From positions 37,757,828 to 37,821,827 of the forward strand of contig NC_081375.1 of NCBI RefSeq assembly GCF_030684315.1: a stretch of 64,000 nucleotides of DNA, read 5' to 3'. This DNA is from Stegostoma tigrinum. Lineage: Eukaryota. Positions 35,701 to 48,880 of this stretch are shown here, piece after piece. Each line of letters begins with the position of its first letter. The stretch's first letter is position 1. Below the pieces are notes generated by a model. It was not told the DNA's origin. It did not search any database and saw only the letters and a program-made list of their open reading frames with translations. Position numbers and translations under genes: made by a program.

Positions 35701-38700
35701 CAAGCTGAAATTTCACAGACATATAATTTTTTTTTTCTATATTTGAGAACACCATCCATTTGAGTGTGTCAATCAGGACAATTTGAGAAAAAACAGCAAT
35801 CATAACTCCAATTGGCTAGTTACGACACAGAACAAAATACGATAGTGCCAGTTCATTGACTAAAGTACGTAAGGGTGTACAAATAGAACAGCACGAATTA
35901 GTCTGGATAACAGCAAACAAATATTAAACATCAGTTCCATTTTGTACTAATGTACACTGTACAGCTAAATATTTAACAAATGCTTTAAAATGACGGGACA
36001 GAAAGCCATATTTCTACATTTGCTGATTGCAGAGATATAAGCAATGTAGATAGTGGCATAAAATTCAAAAATGTTCAGAGGTAAACTGAAATGTTGTGAC
36101 AAATGGATTTCAACGTAGGATTGAAATTTGACACCCTCAAATTCATCTGAAAAGTGTACAACAGAAGTTTGCAGCTTTTCACCATTTAGAAAGACAGAAG
36201 GTCCAGAGGCCTGGTGGTAGAGGTGCACAAATGACTAAAATGTCATGGTAAGGTACAAAAAAAATGACATGGAGATCTTTGTTATACAAAGCCCCAGTCT
36301 GAAAACATTGCATATAACGTGAACTGATCTAGGCTAGTTTGGTGAGGCTCAATAATGTCCCTGTAAAATCAGAGGTAATCCGTAGAAGTTGCCTTTTCTA
36401 CTCAGCCCTTTGCGATATGATGGAAAGATTGATAGAAAGTCTGCAAGATCAGGGGAGTCTGAAACTAGAAGTCAAAGAAATAATTATTAACTAGATCTTT
36501 CTGGAGCAAAATTAGAAAATATTTCTACACACGAAGTGATCAAGGTTTGGAATGATCATCCTCAAACAGCAACTTAGGCTAAATAAATTGTTTATTTTAA
36601 AATAAAGTTGGTAGGTCTTGGTTAGTGAACATAACCAAGGTACATAGGACAATGGCAAGTATGTTTTGTAACGTTAGCGTGCACCAAATGGTGGATCAAG
36701 CTCAAACAGTTAAATGGCTTACTCCAGTTCTTGTGTTTCTACATTCTTGCAAATCATTAAACCAAAGAGAATTTTCTGATCTTCTTGCTAGTTTATTCCA
36801 CACGCTTAAGCTGCAACTTAACTTACACTGGCACTAGCTCAGTACCTATGATCCTAAAAGCCGAGGACCCTTAATTACATTTCTTCCATCCTACCACAGT
36901 GTAAAAATTGCAGGTGCCTGTAGTTTGACAGTCCAGATGGCACAAAGCAGGTAGCTGAAGTATCAACAGCTTTGTGACTCAGAAGCAGTATTTAACATAT
37001 CCTGAAACTGAGGTTAACAGTCATGTGACAAAGCTTTCAGTCATACCTAGTGATTTGATATCATCTGGTTTCAGAACAGGAATACTGCAAGCCAGCCACA
37101 CAAGTTAGCCTCCCAGATTAAAGCAGAAGTAGATTTCTCCCCAGCCTTCACCTTTCTATCTTATCTTTAGATGACCTTGGTCTGCACTGATTCATCCTCC
37201 CCATCTTCAAATTGTCTGGCAAGCATTCATTATCCATACAATTCCAGTTTTTAAATACAAGAAAAGCAATACACCAACTCTCTCAAAAGACAGGGGGTGA
37301 ACTCAGAACCATTATTGGCCTGGCAATATGAAGTTCAAAAATGTGGCGTTCAGTCACTTACTATGAACACCCCTACACACTATATCCTCTTGATGACACA
37401 CAAAAGATTGATTTGAAAATGTTACTGGTGGTGGTGGGGGGGAGCGTGAGAGCACAAGAGTGGAAACTAGCATCTACCTATGAATCGCAAACTTATCCAG
37501 CGGAAACCCATATGACATAATGCAACAAAATGAATTTTGACCAATACTCTTCGTGAGCACTCTCCTAATGCTCATCCTATGCATCTGGGAGAAGTAAATC
37601 AGACAACTAACTTAAATGTAATAAAAATTGCAAATAATGCTCAAAACTATAACGGTTTGTATTTATTTACTTTAAACAGAATATCCCAAGGCACTTAAGA
37701 ACAATATTGACAAATTATCATTTTGACAGCAAGCCACAAGAGGGGCTGGGAAGGAGGAGAAGAGAGATAGGGAGCAAGTGAGGGAGGCATACAAAGCACA
37801 GTTGATATTTTTGAGATCACAAGTATATGAAGGGTGGAAGGTGCAAGGCTAGGCGAGAATTGAAATAGTATTGTTGAAAGGTATCAATTACACAAATGAG
37901 AGTTTTAGCCGATTAGCTGAGGCATGGAAGCAGGCAGTTTTGACGAAATGGATGTGGGGTCATAGGTCAAACTGCATCAAGGTTTGAATGGACTGGTTCA
38001 CTACCGATAATTGTTAGTAACAGGAGCAACAGTCAGGGCATGAGTTTGTGGTAGGAAGCAAAGATAATACATTCAGTTTTCCCAACATGCAGCTTAAGAA
38101 AATTTCTGTTCCTTCAAACTTGAATGTTAAATAGTGTGAAAAATCACAGGTAGTAAAAATAGCAACCATTGAAATGTGATATTATAGGCAGTCCTATTTG
38201 GTAGACTCCGATTTCCAAGTAAACAAATTAAAATCAAATATCATTTCCTCTTTTAATACTACATACTTCAGATCTAAATAAACTGATAGCTTTTAAAACA
38301 TCCTTGTGAAAGCTGCAACCAAAACAGAAAAAATAAGTAATTATTCAGCAATGCCCTACATGCTAAATCAGGAATTCAGAACCACATTTTTAGTTTGGGC
38401 TACACAGTTATACTCAGAACACAGTTTGAGATTTGCTGAAATTATGGAGTTTGTCGCTGACAACAGCTCATTGTATACATTAGAAATGGGGAAAAATACT
38501 ATTGCGTCACTGGTGCTAAACAGAATTGTGCTATTAGCTGGAGGTCAGTTAAACAAAATGTTAACAGTTGACCATACAAATCATGTCTATCACATGGCTC
38601 ATGTGACTGTATTACAGTTAAAGTCACAAGAATCTATCGTGTTCAAACAAAGTGGACAGGAAATAAACAATTTGACAAATGCTCATTTAAAAATTTCAGA

Positions 38701-38789
38701 AAAATAAATTAAAATGAACAGACAGAACTCCTATTTTACGGAAACTTGGTTTTATGAAGTGTTTATCAGTAATTATCGCTGAGAAGATT

Positions 38790-41700
38790 TATCTTGAAAA
38801 AGAAGTTGCAGGTGTGATGAGGAGAGAAGTAGTAAAAGAGGTGGAGGCATTGCGTTATTCACAAAGAAAACCACCACTGCCATAACGAACAGGAAATGTC
38901 CCTAAAGAGTCTTCAAAATCAGAGCATTTGGGTAAAGCTTAGAAATAAAAATAGGGGTGATTACCTTGCTGGGATTGTGCTCCAGTCTTCCCAATAATGG
39001 AAGAAATAGAACGTAGAACATTACAGCACAGTACAGGCCCTTCGGCCCTCGATGTTGTGCCGACCTGTCATACCGATCTCAAGCCCATCTAACCTACACA
39101 ATTCCACGTACGTCCATATGCGTGTCCAATGATGACTTAAATATACCTAAAGTTGGCGAATCTACTACCGTTGCAGGCAAAGCATTCCATTCCCTTACTA
39201 CTCTCTGAGTAAAGAAACTACCTCTGACATCTGTCCTATATCTTTCACCCCTCAATTTAAAGCTATGTCCCATCGTGCTCGCCGTCACCATCCTAGGAAA
39301 AAGGCTCTCCCTATCCACCCTATCTAACCCTCTGATTATTTTATATGTTTCAATTAAGTCACCTCTCAACCACCTTCTCTCTAATGAAAATAGCCTCAAG
39401 TCCCTCAGCCTTTCCTCCATACCAGGCAACATCCTAGTAAATCTCCTCTGCACCCTTTCCAAAGCTTCCACATCCTTCTTATAACGCAGTGACCAGAACC
39501 GTACACAATACTCCAAGTGCAGCTGCACCAGAGATTTGTACAGCTTCACCATAACCTCTTGGTTCCGGAACTCAATCCCTCTATAAATAAAAGCTAAAAC
39601 ACTGTATGCCTTCTTAACAGCCCTGTCAACCTGGGTAGCAACTTTCAAGGATCTGTGTACATGGACCCAGAGATCTCTCTGCTCATCTATACTGTACTTT
39701 GCCTTCCGGTTACTCCTACCAAAGTGCATCACCTCACACTTGTCTGCATTAACTCCATTTGCCACCTCTCAGCCCAGCTCTGCAGCTTATCTATGTCTCT
39801 CTGCAACCTACAGCATCCTTCGTCACTATCCACAACTCCACTGACCTTAGTGTCATCTGCAAATTTACTAACCCATCCTTCTACGCCCTCATCCAGGTCA
39901 TTTATAAAAACGACAAACAGCAGTGGACCCAACACCGACCCTTGCGGTACACCACTAGTAACTGGTCTCCAGGATGAACATTTCCCATCAACTACCACCC
40001 TCTGTCTTCTTTCAGCAAGCCAATTTCCGATCCAAACTGCTATATCTCCCACAATTCCATTCCTCTGCATTTTGTACAATAGCCTATTGTGGGGAACCTT
40101 ATTGAACGCCTTGCTGAAATCCATATACACCACATCAACCGGTTTACTCTCATCTACCTGTTTGGTCACCTTCTCAAAGAACTCAATAAAAGGTTTGTGA
40201 GGCATGACCTTCCCTTCACAAAACCGTGCTGACTATCCCTAATCAATTTATTCTTTTCTAGATGATTATAAATCCTATCCCTTATAACCTTTTCCAACAC
40301 TTTACCAACAACTGAGGTAAGGCTCACTGGTCTATAATTACCAGGGTTGTCTCTACTCCCCTTCTTGAACAGGGGAACCACATTTGCTATCCTCCAGTCA
40401 TCTGGCACTATTCCTGTAGACAACGACGAGTTAAAGATCAATGCCAAAGACTCGGCAATCTCCTCCCTGGCTTCCCAGAGGATCCGAGGATAAATCCCAT
40501 CCGGCCCAAGGAACCTATCTATCTTCACCTACTGAAGGATTTCTAATACCTCTTCCGTCTGAACCTCAATCCCACCTAGTCTAGTAGCCTGGGACATATT
40601 GCTAACGTTAACTGGATTCATCCTTTTCTCAAAGGATTAGGCCATGTGGAATTTTTGCAATGCATCCTAGAGAGCTTTTTATGCCAATGTGTAGACAGCC
40701 TTACCAGCAGAGAGACAGGTCTCAACCTAATCCTAGCTAATGAAGCTAGTCAAGTGATTAAAGTTTCAGTAGGTAAGCATTTTGAGGATAGTAACTATAA
40801 CTCCCAAGTTTCAAAATTATAGAAAGGGATAAGAATAGTGAAGATTTTAATTGCCTTGATTGGGGGAGGGGCATTTTCAATGTCATTAGACAGGATCTGG
40901 CTAAGAGAATGGGAATAGGCACATGCTGGTAAGTCAATATTTGGAAAGTGGGAGAGTCTTAAAGGCACTACACTGAGAATACAGGGCTAGTGTGTTCCTA
41001 AGAATGAAGGGCAAGGGCATCAAGTCCAAGGAATGCTGGATGTCGAGAGACAGAAAGTTTCATAAAGCAAAAAAAGGAGGGAGGGTAGGTCAGTTACAGT
41101 GCATTAAAAACTGAGGAGATCCTTCAAACGTATAGAATGTCGAAGGTTATTTGAAAAGCAAATTAGGATGGCAAAGAGGGAGCATAAAAATACCTTTGGC
41201 AGATGGAATGAAGAAAAAACCCAAAGCTTTTTATAAGCCTATTAAGAGTAAGAGGATTAACAGGGAAATAGTGGGACCTACTAGAAAAGAAAGAGCGATC
41301 TGTGCATGAGCCAGTGGACATAGTGAGGTTTTAAATAAATATTTTTCAACTGTATTGAGAGAAAAAAAAGACGTTGTAGCTGTGGGTTTCAGTTGGGATG
41401 GCGAGGTTCTAGACATGCTATGATTAATAAGGCAGTGATATTAGAGGTTTTAGCAGGCAGACAGGTGTATAAATTCCCAGGGCATGATGGAGATGAATTT
41501 CAGGCTGCCACAGGAGGCAAGGAAGCAGGTTGCTGGGCCCTGGTGGATATACTTACTACTTTGCTGACAGCAGGTGAAGTGCCAGGTGATTGGAGTATAG
41601 CTAATGTGGTTCATTTATTCAAGAAGGGCAGCCGGGATAAGTCAAATAATTACAGACCAGTTAGTCTGACAGTGGTAGAGAAATTATTGGAAATAATTCT

Positions 41701-42803
41701 GAAGGACAGGATTAATCAATACTTGGAAAAGCAAGGATTGCTAATGGACAGTCAGCACAGACTTGTTACAGGCAGATTCTGTCCAACTTATTAAATTGAG
41801 ATTTTTTCTGAGAAGTTAACTATACTGAAGATGGTAGTGTAGTTGATGGGGTTTACATGGACTTCAGTAAAGCTGTTGACAAGGTCTCATATGGATAGCT
41901 GGTCCAAAAGTTAAGAGCCCATGGGATCCAAGGCAAGTTGGCAAATCAGTAATAAATAGCTTACAAATAGGAGACATGAGGTGATGGTGAATGGATTTTT
42001 TTTGTAATTGGAAGCCTGTGACTAGCAGTGAACCACAGGGATTGGTGCTGTGGCCCTTGCTGTTTGCTATGTGCATTAACAATTTGGATATGAAAGTAGA
42101 AGTTATGAGTTAAGTTTGCAGATGACAAATATTGGTGGTGGTGATAGTGGGGAGGGTGGTCTCAGCCTACAGTCTGATATTGATCAGCTAATAAATCAGG
42201 CAAAGCAATCGCAGATGCAATTTAATCACAATAAGTACTGTATCTTAGGAGGTCTAACAAGGGAAGGATAATCACAAGGTGGCATACACGATGCTTGGCT
42301 TCATTAGCAGGGGCATTTATAAAAGATCCTTAGTGCACAAATGGAATAGTGTGGAGGAGTTTCACCAGGATATTGTCTGGGATGTAAAGTCTTGGTTAGG
42401 AGCAGAGACTGAGTTTGTTTCTCTTAGTGCACAGTAGGCTGAGGGAGGGTCTGATTGAGGTGTACAAAAATATAACAGGCATAAAAAGAACAGATTGAGA
42501 GAATCTCTTCCCCATGGCAGACATGTATAAGCCCAGAGGGCATTAAAGTTTAAGGTGAGGAGTAAGTAAGTAGTGTGAAGAGATCGGAAGAAATATTTTT
42601 TTCCCAAAGGATGGTAGGAATATAGTGATGTAGTATTCCCACAATATTCTGGAAACATCTGAATGAGTACTTAAAATGCCAAACCATAGTAGGCTATGGA
42701 TCAAACGCAAGTAAATAGAATTAGTAGAGTTTGGGCTTTGTTGGTCAGCATAGACATGGTGGACATAAGACCTGTTACTGCTGTGTGACTCAAACGACTC
42801 TAG
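38790..42803 (+). mobile_element. Older CR1 LINE (endonuclease to 3' tail), interrupted by the antisense CR1
   Basis: Degraded APE segment at 38790-39000 resumes at ~40590; RT remnants (NYRPVSLT in ORF 41393-41794; ..KFADD..); tail near 42800. Confidence 0.8.
39008..40590 (-). mobile_element. CR1 LINE, 5'-truncated, relatively young
   Basis: Three overlapping ORFs with RT motifs ([37 protein letters not shown]) and a 3' (TTCTA)n-like tail at ~39008. Confidence 0.93.
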
Positions 42804-45800
42804 AACCCTATTAAGTATTCCAACAAACACCTACGTGATAATAATGAGGGATGAAGGAAGAATGGCAGATGTCCTTCCCTACAAAAGGACATTCGTGAAC
42901 AAGATTTTTTTTTAAAGAACAAATTGACAGTTTCATGGTCACCATTACAAAGACTAGCTTCATAATTCAGACTGACTAATTGAATTCAAATTCCACCAGC
43001 TGCCATGTGAATTGAACCCATGTCCTCAGACTACGTACCTGGTCTCAAGATTACTAACAGTCTATGACAAATAAACATGATCTTCAGCTGAAACTTTGTT
43101 TGACTTAGGAGGACTGAATTTAAAAACTTTGATTAAAAAGTGAGATGGCATCCATTTCTGGACAAATCCCAGAAATGCAAATTATAAAAGCAAATTCTTA
43201 ACTTCACTGGTTGAATAATTATTGTAAACCAGCACTGCAAGTAAAAGCCTTGTGGTGTATCTATAAAATTAAAAATATCCCGTGCTTCGCAATGAAAGAG
43301 ATAACGATGCTAAGGAGTAACAAAAAGTATAGAGAAATGGCTGAGAGCACAGTTAAAGCTTTGGAATAAAATTTCCAAAGAAAGGACTAAGACAAATAGA
43401 CTTGCGAATAGTTCTGTAAAATATAGCTGAAAAATCTTTGATCAATAAAGCAGCTGCAGTAAGCTACACCAGAGCTGTCATCAGAGCAAGGGTAGAGCTG
43501 GACCATTAGACAGTAGTTAAATTAGGCTATATTTACTTTTCTTAAAAAAAATAATTTGAGAATGTGCAATAGCTAGGAAAGGAAACAACATACAATTGAG
43601 CTAGAGTATTTTGTCCAGATAGAATGCATCTTCCTGATTCTGCTACACCTTCGCACGTGCACAGATGTTCCTACATCATAATGGGATAGTAGGTAAGGTA
43701 CAGAACTAGTTATAACTAATTGGTGTATACCAGTTGTTCTGAAAATTTGGAAATGTTTTGCAGCCACTACTAACATTGTTTACAGATCTGATTGCAGCTA
43801 AACAGCAAGAGCAAGAGCTACCTAAACAGATTGCCATGGATTTTGAACTATTTTCCTAACAGTGGCTTCTTACCTTAAACACTACAAATTCTTGGTCAGT
43901 TGCAACTTATACCATCTTTCAGAAAAGACAGTAGAATCCACCAGCAGAAAGGTGACATTTGCCTGACAGACATTTTACAATACCTGTTTAATTGGAGGAC
44001 TTCTGAAAATTCAGGCTATTGGTCTACTGCAACTCAAAAACAGTATTACCTGTAATAGTCTAAAAACAGATCATCTTTATTGACTCCATCTGTACTTCCA
44101 ACTACCTCCGGAAAGCAAACGTTATCTGAGACTCCTCCCATTCTGGCTTTACTCTCTTCCACCTTCTGTCAGGTAGAAGATATAAAATCTTGAAAATGCA
44201 AGAACAGATCCAAGAACAGCTTCTAGGGAGGTACTGGACTGCTGTTATCAGACTTTTGAATGGACTTCTCAAATGTTAATTCTGACCTCTCTTGCTTGAC
44301 CCCTCTCTGCGCCTTCTCCACAGCCATTAACACTGTATCCTGCACTGTCCTGCTACCCTGATGCACTTTGTATGGTACGATCTGCCCGTACAAAATACCA
44401 CTTTTCACTTTCTCAGTAACAACAATAAGATCAAACATCCCAGCACCTGGGCTTAGCAAGTGCAGCAACTTTACACTCTAGGAGTCCTAGGTTCAGATTT
44501 TAGGTGCACTATCACATGATATAACATTAGTTTAATATCAACAATGACATTTCTGAGACGACAACCACATTTCAGCAGAGAGAATTGCAATTTTTTAAGA
44601 ATCAGGGGGAGCAAGAGAGAGGGGTGGTGGTGAAGGGTGGCGGGGAGCAGTGTAGAAAACAGTTCGGTCAACAAAACTGTGCTGTGTTGAAGATGATAGG
44701 AGACAGTCAAAATTAAAACAAACAAGAATAACTAGCTACACATGAGGGGAACAGAGCTTCGGGCAGTAAATCAAATCACATTAAACTCAATGAGTTTAGT
44801 CAGCTTAAAAGGAAAAACATTAGAATTCTGAACATTTTTCCCCTCAATGCACTTTGGTTCAACAATGACAAAATATAGCACTTCCATGTGATGTGCAGCA
44901 AAACAAAATTTGATACCAGTCCTATTCAAACCACATTTGATCACAAGAATCCACACTCTAGCAGACAGAAATAAAAACCATCTTTCCAAATACAGACTTA
45001 AAAACTAAATTCCACCAGTAAACATCATGCAAAACACTATAGCTCAGTGTGTAGTTGACAGATAAAATAAACACTAACAAAGATCATATTAGACCAACTA
45101 TTCAAATCATACCATGGTTGTTTTCACATTATCTTGTGGCATACTCAAACATGCCAACCTATAAAACTCAAGAGCTGCCGGCCTTTAAAAACCAACTATT
45201 CAAAAAAGCTATAATAGAATCCAATTGCAAAGTCAAAATGACTTTATAAATTACAATAAAATGAGAATTCCTTTAAAATGGAAAGGAGCAAAAATTGAAG
45301 GTCTGGTGTATAGAATTTTTTGTTTAAATTTCACAGTATCATACAATGCAAAACACAGTATAACTTTTTAACTTTTCCTTTTCATCCCAAAATTGCTATC
45401 AATCAGGTGAATAACATCAAATCAGATTTCAGACACATTAAGTAATTAAATTGACAAATGAAAACCTCCAGGACCAACAATGAGTATTTTGGTTTAAGCG
45501 AAACTTCTAAATCGCCACACCAGCAGAAATTTTAGTAACATTACTTTTCCACAAATGGGAGTTTAGGAAGCTGAAGTTTAGATTACAATTAAGTGATTTG
45601 CCACCAAATAAGCATGATCACATAACTGAAAAACAGCTTCCAAGGAAAGGCTGCTCCATCAAGTCAATTGAGCAGATTAAATTTATCAACTTCGAGTTTC
45701 TTTTTAAAATTAGTGCTTAGCAATCATGATTCAATCCACTTTTCAGTGAAAGTCAAAGCCATTATATTTGCTATATAGAGTTTTAAAAAAAATCACATGA

Positions 45801-47092
45801 AGACAGAATAAAAACTCTGATGCAGTTCCAGTAAGCAACGAGAAGTATTCACAAGATCCATTTAAAGCTAGCATATGCTTGCAGGAGAAACAAATGCCTG
45901 TTAGTCAAGTATAGCATCGAATTTGCCATGCTCAAATATTTTAATATGCTCAAGGCACTGTCAAAATGATACCTCCAAGTAACCTAACTCAGACAAAGCA
46001 CACAATGATGGCAATGAGTGTTTTCACCTCTATTTAAACTCTATGTACGTCACATCCAACAAGCCCATATTGAATTTGATGGCAACATACCAAGTGTGCA
46101 AACCACAGACTAAAATCTAACTTTCATCCTCAATGCGTCGCTGCTTGCGTCAACTTATTAGTACAACTTGCTAGCAAATGACAATGCACCAATGTAAAGA
46201 TTTGATGAACTTTAGTCTTTAACAGTTCATTCTGTCTATTTATTTAAAAAGACTCCCAAGTCTCAGAAGAAATATTTTTAATTAATCCAGGTAGTAATTT
46301 CAGCATAGATGATACAATTAAATACCTTTGACATTTTCCTGTGACAATATTAACTGTGAACAGTTGCCTGCTGTTTGTTTCAGTGTACGACTGTCAGCCT
46401 GCCAAAGGGTTTCCCAAACTTCAACCTTGATCTCTAGTTTTTCACTTCCAGATCAAAACAGATCATCCTTTATAAATTAGCTGAACACATTTTGACCACC
46501 TCCAAATTTGCTGTTTTGCACCTTCTCAAACAAGCTGCACAGATGAGGCTCAAAGCTAACGTTTGTATAAATAGGAAAGCTTGGCAAATTATGATTTAAG
46601 AAAGGATGACTTTAAATTGGAAGATCAGAAGCCTTCAATGGACATTAAAATTTTGATACTTCCTTTCCCTGTACCCTGATGCAGAGACTTCTTGAATATC
46701 ACAGGGCTGGTCCAAATGTATGAACACACACGCACACGCACCTACCTACTGCAGACTGACAAGATCCAGTCAAGCACACATCTGAACAGACATTTACACC
46801 CAAATAGGCACATTCACAGATAAGGGTGTGCAAAATGTTGATTCAAGGAAGTAACATCAACTGTTAATGGTAAGCATGAAGTGGTCAACAACAAAATGTG
46901 GGATAAATCATTTCCAGAACACAAATGAAAACTCACCAGAAAAGTATGAACTAAATACATTACAGATTAATTATTGCAGACTTGGAAAGAAACAAGCCAA
47001 CCGAGAGGCACCACTTTCTCACCCTGTACAGTGTCACAATCATGACATGCGTTATATTTAGACGAAATCTAATGCATGCAACTCTTACCAAC

Positions 47093-47178
47093 CTTTTTTT
47101 GTATTTCAAAGCCAGTTCTTTCCAATACACAACTTTTGCTTCTGGAGTTGCTGGTTCTGGGCTATCCTCACTATCCAT
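47093..47178 (-). CDS. NDEL1: NDEL1 coding exon 1 (exon starts at 47190 with 12 nt of 5'UTR)
   Basis: MDSEDSPEPATPEAKVVYWKELALKYKK(S) matches the NudE-like N-terminus. Acceptor ctctttag|GTCCATTTCATC-ATG; donor AG|gttggt; 86 nt, phase 2. Confidence 0.95.
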
Positions 47179-47364
47179 GATGAAATGGACCTAAAGAGTA
47201 CAAAAAAGCATCACTATTAATAGCAATTCATAGAATATTCTTGTGCAATAATTAAAGATACAACTCCACACAAATGGTGCACTGTCTAAAAAAAATTGAC
47301 AATCAAGATCTTTTTCTCAAATCTTGAAGTAAATTCCATAGGCCATTTATTTTACAAAAGAAAA

Positions 47365-47670
47365 GGGAGACAGCGGTCAGCACTGCTGCCTCACAGCACC
47401 GGGGACCAGAGTTCAATTCCACCCTCAAGCAACTGTATGTGCGGAGGTTGCACATTCTCCCCTTGTTTGCGTGGGTTTCCTCCCACAGTCTAAAGATGTG
47501 CAGGCTAGGTGGAGTGGCCATGCTAAATTGTCCATAGAGTCCAAGGGCGTTTGGGTTAGACATGAGGAAATGCAGGAGTAGGGGAATGAGTCAGAATGGG
47601 ATGATCTTCAGAGGGGCAATGTGGGTTTGTCGGGCTGAATGGCCTGTTTCTACACTGTAGGGATTCTATG
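47365..47670 (+). mobile_element. tRNA-derived V-SINE (HE1-like)
   Basis: B-box-like GAGTTCAATTCC, V-domain GGTTTCCTCCCACAGTCTAAAGATGTGCAGG, and CR1-like tail GAATGGCCTGTTTCTACACTGTAGGGATTCTATG. Confidence 0.8.
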
Positions 47671-48449
47671 GTTGCATTCACCCACTGCAATTAGTAAAGG
47701 GCAACATCCCCCCCCCCACCAGACTGAAATCTGGCACTTGACAAAACTCTTCACAAAACACTTCCCAGGCTTCAAACTGGACAAAAAAATTCAGCTACCT
47801 TATATAATATTAAGACGACACTCATGCACAATTTGAACTCATATCCTTCTAGGTCATTCACTCTACTATTTCACTGAATGCCACACATGAAAATATCTAA
47901 ACGTGTGTACTTACTCTTCACATGAATATCACACTTCATGAAATCTACCTGGTCCTCATCCATACACTCACTTCCACATGGAGTTGCAAGATAAAAATCA
48001 GACTCAAGAAACTTACCTGAATAATTTTCCCCCTTAAATCAACTGGCACATTGACCAACTGTAGCTCTTGACTGTTGCCCTGACCACAATTAATTCAACT
48101 CATCTTAGACGATGGATCAAACCTGAATTTGGAAATTTGCCGGATTAGTTTTCAGAACTGTCACAGGGAACTTTTCTAATATCATACTAATTTGGTGTGG
48201 CAATCACAGTAATTCTTCTTAATGGTGATAAACACTAAATACTCCCCTTCAATCCCTCTGCCAGAGTCCAAACCTGAAACTAAGACTCAATGTGACAGGG
48301 CTTTGATTCTGCAGGCAGACTTTTTTTGAAAAATATCCTTTCTTCCATATTCAACATTAAACTTAAGATTTTAATACTTATTGAAAATAGCCACTTCCTC
48401 TCTGCATACATTGCCAGCAATATTCTGGCTTGGAAGATTAAATTATAAA

Positions 48450-48880
48450 GAAAGGCTGGAGCTTTCCTCCCCCCTGGAATATAGGAGATTGAAGGGTGAC
48501 CTTATAGAGGTTTTATAAAATCAGGATGGGCACAGATAAGGTGAATGGGAGTTGTATTTTCCCTAGAATGGGGGATTTCAAGACGGTTGGGGGGGGGGGG
48601 GGGGGTGTCACATTTAAGGAGAGAGAGGAGAGAGATTTAAAACAAAAAGACACAAGGAGCAAATCTCTTTAACACAGAGGGCGATTCGCGTGTGGAATGA
48701 ACTTCCCAAGGAACTGGTGAACGTGGGCACAACTACAGCTTTTTTTTTAAAAATTGATATTTTCACATGAATAGAAAAGGTTTGGAAGGATAAGGGCCAG
48801 GAGCAGGCAGGTAGGACTAGTTTAGTTGGGATTTTGTATGGCATGGAACATGGTCTGTTTCCATGATGTATGACTTTAAG
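48450..48880 (+). mobile_element. CR1 3' fragment with internal poly-G
   Basis: GGGTGACCTTATAGAGGTTTTATAAAATC... matches the CR1 3' region; tail near 48870. Confidence 0.65.

Noticed and set aside
1993-47178. Calling the gene NDE1
   Set aside because: The GMLPLSV C-terminus and the [29 protein letters not shown] linker are NDEL1-type.
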